A stretch of DNA of 64,000 nt from Mycobacteriales bacterium (GTDB taxonomy: Bacteria > Actinomycetota > Actinomycetes > Mycobacteriales > CADCTP01), in the NCBI GenBank assembly GCA_036558285.1, contig DATBFW010000135.1, positions 21,364 to 85,363 on the forward strand, given 5' to 3'. The translations under genes were made by a program, and so were the position numbers. A model generated the notes under the pieces. It was not told where the DNA came from. It saw only the letters and a program-made list of their open reading frames with translations, and ran no database searches. Of the stretch, positions 56,470 to 64,000 are shown one piece after another (within the stretch, counting starts at the first letter, position 1; each line of letters begins with the position of its first letter).

Positions 56470-56760
56470 ACCACGCCGGCGGCCGAGCCGCCACCGAGCC
56501 GCCGCCGAACCGCCACCGAACAGGCGCCGAGCCGCCGCCGGGCGGCCCAGCCGGCCGCTCAGGCGCCGCAGCCGCCGCCCGGTCAGGCGCCGAGCCGCCG
56601 CTCAGGCGCCGCAGCCGCCGCCGAGCCGCCGCCGAGCGGCCCAGCCGGCCGCTCAGGCGCGCAGCCGCCGCCCGGTCAGGCGCCGAGCCGCCGCTCAGGC
56701 GCCGCAGCCGCCGCGCTCAGGCGCCGCAGCCGCCGGTTGCTCAGGCGCCGAAGCGGCGGT
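56470..56760. repeat. intergenic tandem array built from copies of the uppS 3' end
   Basis: Nine copies of (C/G)TCAGGCGC(C)G(C/A)AGCCGCCG-type units (starts near 56519, 56569, 56583, 56601, 56653, 56675, 56693, 56715, 56740). A higher-order 94-bp period: 56544-56620 is almost identical to 56638-56713, with one 1-nt indel. The last unit is the real uppS stop region (HRRFGA*). Confidence 0.8.
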
Positions 56761-57508
56761 GCCGGTCCGCGTACGCGCGCAGCGCGCGCAGGAAGTCGAT
56801 CCGGCGGAAATCCGGCCAGTATGCCTCGCAGAAGTAGAACTCGGAGTGCGCGCTCTGCCAGAGCAGGAACCCGCTCATCCGCTGCTCGCCGCTGGTCCGG
56901 ATGACGAGGTCGGGGTCGGGCTGGCCGCGGGTGTAGAGGTGCTCGGCGATGTGGTCGACGTCGAGCAGCTCGGCCAGCTCCTCGATCGTCGTGCCCGCTT
57001 CCGCGTGCTCGTGCAGCAACGACCGTACGGCGTCGGCGATCTCCTGCCGGCCGCCGTAGCCGACCGCGATGTTCACCGCGAGCCCGCGCCGGTCGACCGT
57101 CCGCTCGGCCGCGGCCTTGAGCACGTGCGCGGTCTCCGGCGGCAGCAGGTCGAGCGAGCCGACCAGCTTGATCCGCCAGCCGGCCCGGTCGGCGGCCAGC
57201 TCGTCGACCAGCTCCTCGATGATCCGCAGCAGCGGCTGCAGCTCCGACTCCGGCCGGGACAGGTTGTCGGTGGACAGCAGCCAGAGGGTCACCACCTCGA
57301 CGCCGGCGTCCGCGCTCCAGCGCAGCACGTCCTCGATCTTGTCGGCGCCGGCCTGGTGGCCGAAGCTGACGTCGCCGGACCCCGCGGCGCGCGCCCAGCG
57401 CCGGTTGCCGTCGCACATGACCCCGACGTGGCGGGGCACGGGACGGCCGACCAGCTGGCGGCGCAACCGCCGTTCATACATCGCGTACAGCAGGTCACGC
57501 GCAGGCAC
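56741..57508 (-). CDS. uppS: cis-prenyltransferase (isoprenyl/undecaprenyl diphosphate synthase family; Rv1086-like position)
   Basis: RHVGVMCDGNRRWA...TLWLLSTDNLSR...IRTSGEQRMSGFLLWQSAHSEFYF: UPPS-family motifs. Confidence 0.9.
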   Translation of the reverse strand: MPARDLLYAMYERRLRRQLVGRPVPRHVGVMCDGNRRWARAAGSGDVSFGHQAGADKIEDVLRWSADAGVEVVTLWLLSTDNLSRPESELQPLLRIIEELVDELAADRAGWRIKLVGSLDLLPPETAHVLKAAAERTVDRRGLAVNIAVGYGGRQEIADAVRSLLHEHAEAGTTIEELAELLDVDHIAEHLYTRGQPDPDLVIRTSGEQRMSGFLLWQSAHSEFYFCEAYWPDFRRIDFLRALRAYADRHRRFGA

Positions 57509-57645
57509 CCGTGCACTCTACGCGGGCGAGGCCACCGGACCGGGACGTTCGGCCGGGCCGGGGTGATGAAAACCGCACCGTAAATCGGGGGTTCGCCCCA
57601 TGCCGGCGCACAGCGGTCGTCCGTAGCCTCGTCCTCGTGACGACC

Positions 57646-58308
57646 ATGACGGAGCACCTCGCCGCCCTGGCCGCCCGTCCACGGATGCGCGGCTGGCTGC
57701 ACGTGTGGGCGTTCATCGTCTCGATCCTCGCCGGCCTGGTGCTGGTCGCGGTCGCCGGCTCCACCCGCGGCGCGCAGGCCGCGCTGGCCACCTCGGTCTA
57801 CGCGCTGACCGTGATGCTGCTGTTCGGCACCTCGGCGGCCTACCACCGGGTGCGCTGGTCGACGCCGACCCGGCGGGAGCTGCTGGCCCGGCTCGACCAC
57901 TCGATGATCTTCGTGTTCATCGCCGGGACGTACACACCGTTCGCCCTGCTGGCGATGCCCGAGCGCACCGGGCGGGCGATCCTGGCCGTGGTCTGGTTCG
58001 GCGCGCTCGGCGGCGTGCTGCTCAAGACGAGCTGGATCACCGCGCCGCGCTGGCTGTCCGTGCCGCTCTACCTCGGTCTGGGCTGGGTGGCCGTGTTCGT
58101 GCTGCCGAGTCTGCTCCGGCACGGCGGTGTGGCCGCGTTCGTCCTGATCATCGCCGGCGGCCTGGTCTACACCCTCGGCGGGATCGTGTACGGGCTGAAG
58201 CGGCCCGACCCGTGGCCGCGCACCTTCGGCTACCACGAGGTGTTCCACCTGTGCACCGTGGTCGCCGCGACCTGTCACATGGTCGCGGTCTGGCTCGCCG
58301 TGTACTAG
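57646..58308 (+). CDS. hemolysin III / PAQR-family membrane protein
   Basis: 220 aa with 7 TM segments. RMRGWLHVWAF...AAYHRV...LDHSMIFVFIAGTYTPF...HEVFHL: conserved His motifs. Confidence 0.9.
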   Translation: MTEHLAALAARPRMRGWLHVWAFIVSILAGLVLVAVAGSTRGAQAALATSVYALTVMLLFGTSAAYHRVRWSTPTRRELLARLDHSMIFVFIAGTYTPFALLAMPERTGRAILAVVWFGALGGVLLKTSWITAPRWLSVPLYLGLGWVAVFVLPSLLRHGGVAAFVLIIAGGLVYTLGGIVYGLKRPDPWPRTFGYHEVFHLCTVVAATCHMVAVWLAVY

Positions 58309-59342
58309 ACGGTCGACACGTCCACCCGCACCTTGACCGCCTTGCGCCCGTCCATCGCGAGGTAGCCGTCCGGCACCCCGGCCAGATCGACCACCGCGTC
58401 GAAGACCGGGCTGGCGTCGAGGTTGCCGAGCGCGATGTCGGTCATCAGCTCCGGCAGGTACGTCCGGGCCGGGGTCACGCCGCCGGCCAGGTCGATGTTC
58501 CGGCCGAACAGCTGGGACAGGTCGAGCCCCTCGACGAGGTGCGGCACGCCGACGTAGCCGATGGTGGCGCCGTCCCGGGCGACTGCGACCGCGGTGGACA
58601 GCGCCGGCTGGGCGCCGACGCACTCGAGCACGGCGTGCGCACCGCCGGTCAGCGTGATGACCTCCTCGGCCACCCGCTCGCCGCGACCATGCACCACGTC
58701 GGTCGCGCCGAGCCGGCGGGCCACCTCCAGCCGCTGCTCGTGGTGGCCGATCACGGTGACGCTTTCGGCGCCGAGCCGGCGGGCGGCCAGCACCGCGCAC
58801 AGCCCGACCGCACCGTCGCCGACGACCACGACCCGGTGCCCGAACTTCACGCCGGCCGACAGTGCCGCATGGTGTCCGGTCGGCAGCACGTCGCACAGCG
58901 GCAGCAGCAGCTCCGGCGGGGCGTCCCGCAACGCGGGCGGCACCACGACCAGGGTGCCGTCCGCGTGCGGGACCCGCAGCGCCTCGCCCTGCGCCCCGTC
59001 ATGCCCGGGCTCGCCGAACACGCCGCCGTCCACGCAGGACGTGGTCAGCCCGGACAGGCAGTATTCGCAGGTCCCGTCCGACCAGGTGAAGGGGGAGATC
59101 ACCAGGTCGCCGGGCCGTACGGTCCGGACGTCGGGGCCGACGTCGGTGACAACGCCGAGGAACTCGTGGCCGATCCGCTCGCCGGGCTGCCGCTGCCCGT
59201 ATCCCCGGTACGACCAGAGGTCGGTGCCGCACAGGGCGGCCGACACGACCCGGACCACCGCGTCGGTGGACAGCTCCACCTCGGGGTCGGGCACGTGCTG
59301 GATCCGGATGTTGCCGGGACCCTCGAACACAGCGGCGCGCAT
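58305..59342 (-). CDS. zinc-dependent medium-chain alcohol dehydrogenase family
   Basis: CGTDLW, GHEFLGVV, structural-zinc Cys cluster (CEYCLSGLTTSC), Rossmann VVVVGDGAVGL. Confidence 0.9.
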   Translation of the reverse strand: MRAAVFEGPGNIRIQHVPDPEVELSTDAVVRVVSAALCGTDLWSYRGYGQRQPGERIGHEFLGVVTDVGPDVRTVRPGDLVISPFTWSDGTCEYCLSGLTTSCVDGGVFGEPGHDGAQGEALRVPHADGTLVVVPPALRDAPPELLLPLCDVLPTGHHAALSAGVKFGHRVVVVGDGAVGLCAVLAARRLGAESVTVIGHHEQRLEVARRLGATDVVHGRGERVAEEVITLTGGAHAVLECVGAQPALSTAVAVARDGATIGYVGVPHLVEGLDLSQLFGRNIDLAGGVTPARTYLPELMTDIALGNLDASPVFDAVVDLAGVPDGYLAMDGRKAVKVRVDVSTV

Positions 59343-59370
59343 ACCCCGGGACCCTAGTGGGCCCCGCCGG

Positions 59371-59988
59371 CTACGACTCGGTCGCCTCCGGCTCTCCCGC
59401 CGCCACGTCCGGGCCTTGCGCCCGCACCCGGTCGACCGCGCCCATCGCCTCGCGCAGCTCGGTCAGCCAGGTCTCGGCATGCTCGCCGACCAGCCGCACG
59501 CACCAGGCCAGCGCCTCCGACCGGGACCGGGCCACGCCCGCGTCGACGAGCGTGTCCAGCACCTGCCGCTCCGGCTGCCGCAGCCGGGTCATCACCGGCG
59601 CGGACAGGGTGGTGAACAGCTGCCGGGTGCCGCCGGCGACGGCGCCCCACGCGACCTTGCGGCCGTACCGGTGCTCGGCCTCCTGCGCGATCGCGATCCG
59701 CTCGTCCCGGGTGTCCTCCCGGAACCGGCTGATCCGGCCGGCCTCCGCCGCGCTCACCGCGACCGCCTCGCCACCCTCGACCACCGGCGGCTCCAGCGTG
59801 CCGACCACCAGGATCTCGTCCCGGTCCACGGTTACGCTGGGCGCGCCGGTGAACCAGCCGTCCGGCAGCCGGCCGGCGAACCAGCCCGCCGCGTCGTCGG
59901 CCGACGGCAGGTCGGCCTGCTGCCAGCCCCCGCGCCCGCCGAACCCGCGGCCGTGCCCGTGCCAGCCGCCGCGCCCTCGTCCCACCAT
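59371..59988 (-). CDS. conserved hypothetical protein (Gly/Arg-rich N-terminus, possible RHH-like C-terminal segment)
   Basis: 205 aa with good coding character. RLRQPERQVLDTLVDAGVARSRSEALAWCVRLVGEHAETWLTELREAM resembles a ribbon-helix-helix/CopG segment by eye only. Confidence 0.55.
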   Translation of the reverse strand: MVGRGRGGWHGHGRGFGGRGGWQQADLPSADDAAGWFAGRLPDGWFTGAPSVTVDRDEILVVGTLEPPVVEGGEAVAVSAAEAGRISRFREDTRDERIAIAQEAEHRYGRKVAWGAVAGGTRQLFTTLSAPVMTRLRQPERQVLDTLVDAGVARSRSEALAWCVRLVGEHAETWLTELREAMGAVDRVRAQGPDVAAGEPEATES

Positions 59989-60028
59989 CGTTCGCCTCCG
60001 CGCTGATTACACCGTTGCAGTGCAATCA

Positions 60029-62035
<2,007 letters not shown>

Positions 62036-62085
62036 GGGTTCCATCGTGCCCCGCGCCGGCGTCCGGACGTGCCTAACCTGGCCAC

Positions 62086-62507
<422 letters not shown>

Positions 62508-62514
<7 letters not shown>

Positions 62515-62729
62515 TCCTCCGGCTCGCCGGCCGGATTCCGCGCGGCGGGCGCGCCCGGCGGGCTCGGCGGCTGCTCCGAGCGGGAGAACGAGCCGGGCAC
62601 CCGGCGCAGGTGCTTGTTCATCGATCGGATCAGGAAGACCAGCGCGACCAGCAGCAGCAGGATGACGACCAGCGCGATCGGGCTGGCCTCCCGGTTCTCC
62701 GCGGCGGCGGCGAGCAGCGTCGTGCTCAT
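62508..62729 (-). CDS. small single-pass membrane protein
   Basis: 73 aa with TM PIALVVILLLLVALVFLI. The ATG overlaps the mca stop (ATGA). Confidence 0.5.
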
Positions 62730-63607
62730 GCGTTGATTGTCTCCCGGACGCCGGCGAACAGGTCGTCCTCCGGCAGTTCCGTGTCGACCAGCGACCGCGC
62801 CAGCTCGTAGTCCTCGGTAGGGCCGATCTGCTGGCGCAGCTGCAGCGGCACCGCGAACCAGCGGCTGGTCGGGTCGATCTGGGTGGCGTGCGCGAGCAGC
62901 GCCTCGTCCCGGCGCGGGAACCACTCGGCGCACTCGACCCGGGTAGTGATCCGGGGTGTGACGGTGTCCTCACCGTCCCACTCCTTGAGCCACTCCTCGT
63001 ACGGCGACTCGAGGCCGGCGGCGAGCAGCGCCTCGTGCATCTGCGCCATCCGGGCTCGGCCGAAGGTCATGTGGTAGTAGAGCTTGAGGGGCTGCCACGG
63101 CTCGCCGGCGTCCGGGTAGCGATCCGGGTCGCCGGCCGCATCGAACGCGACGACCGAGATCTTGTGGGTCATGACGTGGTCGGGGTGCGGGTAGCCCCCG
63201 TTCTCGTCGTAGGTGATCACGACGTGCGGGCGCTGCCGGCGGATCGCCGCGACCAGCCGCCCGGCCGCCTCGTCCACGTCGACCAGCCCGAAGCTGCCCT
63301 CCGGCAGCGGCGGCAGCGGGTCGCCCTCGGGCAGCCCGGAGTCGACGAACCCGAGCCACTCCTGCCGGACGCCGAGGATCTCCCGGGCCCTCGCCATCTC
63401 CGCCTTGCGGACCTCCGGCATGTGCTCGAGCACCTCCGGCCGGTCCATGGCCGGGTTGAGGATCGACCCGCGCTCGCCGCCGGTGGCGGTCACGACCAGC
63501 ACGTCGACGCCCTCGTCGACGTAGCGCGCCATCGTCGCGGCGCCCTTGCTCGACTCGTCGTCGGGATGGGCGTGCACCGCCATGAGACGCAGCTGCTCCT
63601 GGGTCAC
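62726..63607 (-). CDS. mca: mycothiol S-conjugate amidase (LmbE/MshB-family deacetylase)
   Basis: LRLMAVHAHPDDES...VVTATGGERG...HPDHV... and the long Mca-type C-terminal half (WFAVPLQLRQQIGPTEDYEL). Neighbour of greA, as in M. tuberculosis. GTG 63607 preferred. Confidence 0.85.
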   Translation of the reverse strand: MTQEQLRLMAVHAHPDDESSKGAATMARYVDEGVDVLVVTATGGERGSILNPAMDRPEVLEHMPEVRKAEMARAREILGVRQEWLGFVDSGLPEGDPLPPLPEGSFGLVDVDEAAGRLVAAIRRQRPHVVITYDENGGYPHPDHVMTHKISVVAFDAAGDPDRYPDAGEPWQPLKLYYHMTFGRARMAQMHEALLAAGLESPYEEWLKEWDGEDTVTPRITTRVECAEWFPRRDEALLAHATQIDPTSRWFAVPLQLRQQIGPTEDYELARSLVDTELPEDDLFAGVRETINA

Positions 63608-63856
63608 GCCCGCACTCCTACTCGCTGGTTCCGACATTCTCTGGTCAGCAACGAGCACCCGGTCGTCCGGATTCCGCCGGCCCGATCCGGTACGGCGGCC
63701 GTACTACCATCGGGCACGGAGGGTCCATCCGCCGGCCGATCGGCCGGGCGCCGGACCCCGGGTCGACGGCGGGACTGGGTGTCATCGCCGTGCGATGTTA
63801 GTTTCGACGTTCGTTCCTGATCCGTTTCCCCACACCTGCACCCCGAGGAGCACCCC

Positions 63857-64000
63857 GTGTCGATGACGGACAACACTGCCCCCGTCACCTGGCTCACGCG
63901 GGAGGCTTACGACCGCCTCAAGGCCGAGCTGGACCACCTGATCCACAACCGGACGACCATCAGCGCCGAGATCAGCGCGCGCCGCGAGGAGGGCGACCTC
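63857..64000 (+). CDS. greA: transcription elongation factor GreA (3' end outside window)
   Basis: [57 protein letters not shown] 6 nt upstream of GTG 63857. Confidence 0.85.
   Translation, partial: MSMTDNTAPVTWLTREAYDRLKAELDHLIHNRTTISAEISARREEGDL

Noticed and set aside
56470-56760. Possible CRISPR array.
   Set aside because: The repeat units are contiguous and nested (94-bp higher-order period) with no unique spacers of regular length. No cas genes are present in the window.
56143-57416. ORFs crossing the uppS-downstream repeat array (56143-56904 +, 56676-57416 -, 56228-56494 -).
   Set aside because: They are low-complexity Ala/Arg/Pro/Ser translations generated by the repeat itself. They have no start context and overlap well-supported uppS and DUF885-like genes.
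63604-63897. A 97-aa minus-strand ORF and a 106-aa plus-strand ORF (63546-63866) in the mca-greA gap, as candidates for an Rv1081c-like small membrane protein.
   Set aside because: Neither has a hydrophobic segment or coding-like composition, and both overlap the greA start region or the mca 5' end.

Overview
This is a densely coding, high-GC (by eye >70%) actinobacterial chromosomal window. I can support about 60 CDS and saw no rRNA, tRNA, CRISPR array, transposase or integrase. All domain calls were made by eye from the translations; no searches were run. Most of the window is a housekeeping backbone. From memory, its gene order is collinear with the Mycobacterium tuberculosis Rv1112-Rv1080c region: ychF, ispH, xseA/xseB, glpX, fumC, phoH2, Z-prenyl diphosphate synthase, hemolysin III, DUF255 thioredoxin-like, mca, greA. 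Upstream of that lie sdhB, tldD/pmbA, a MarR-linked pair of duplicated DHA2 MFS pumps and a GH13 alpha-glucosidase. Several accessory blocks interrupt the backbone: a LuxR regulator plus flavin monooxygenase (24.2-27.1 kb); an ECF-sigma/triple-VOC/methyltransferase operon and a permease/GS-like/amidohydrolase operon (28.7-35.3 kb); and a split dhaKL/dhaM set. The most notable block is about 14.3 kb (36.9-51.2 kb), between fumC and phoH2. It holds a ten-gene, translationally coupled Tad/Flp-type pilus operon (CpaB, TadZ-like, TadA, TadB, TadC, Flp, TadE, TadE, TadG-like). The operon ends in a 1112-aa membrane protein that combines a LysM-like domain, a Ser/Gly-rich spacer, a possibly P-loop-less FtsK-like region and a SARP-like wHTH+BTAD C-terminus. 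It is transcribed divergently from a 1477-aa beta-grasp/FHA-like/2TM/3xFtsK-SpoIIIE (EssC/EccC-like) ATPase, and no other type VII secretion component is nearby. This Tad + EssC-like + membrane-tethered SARP combination is my best candidate for an undescribed system.
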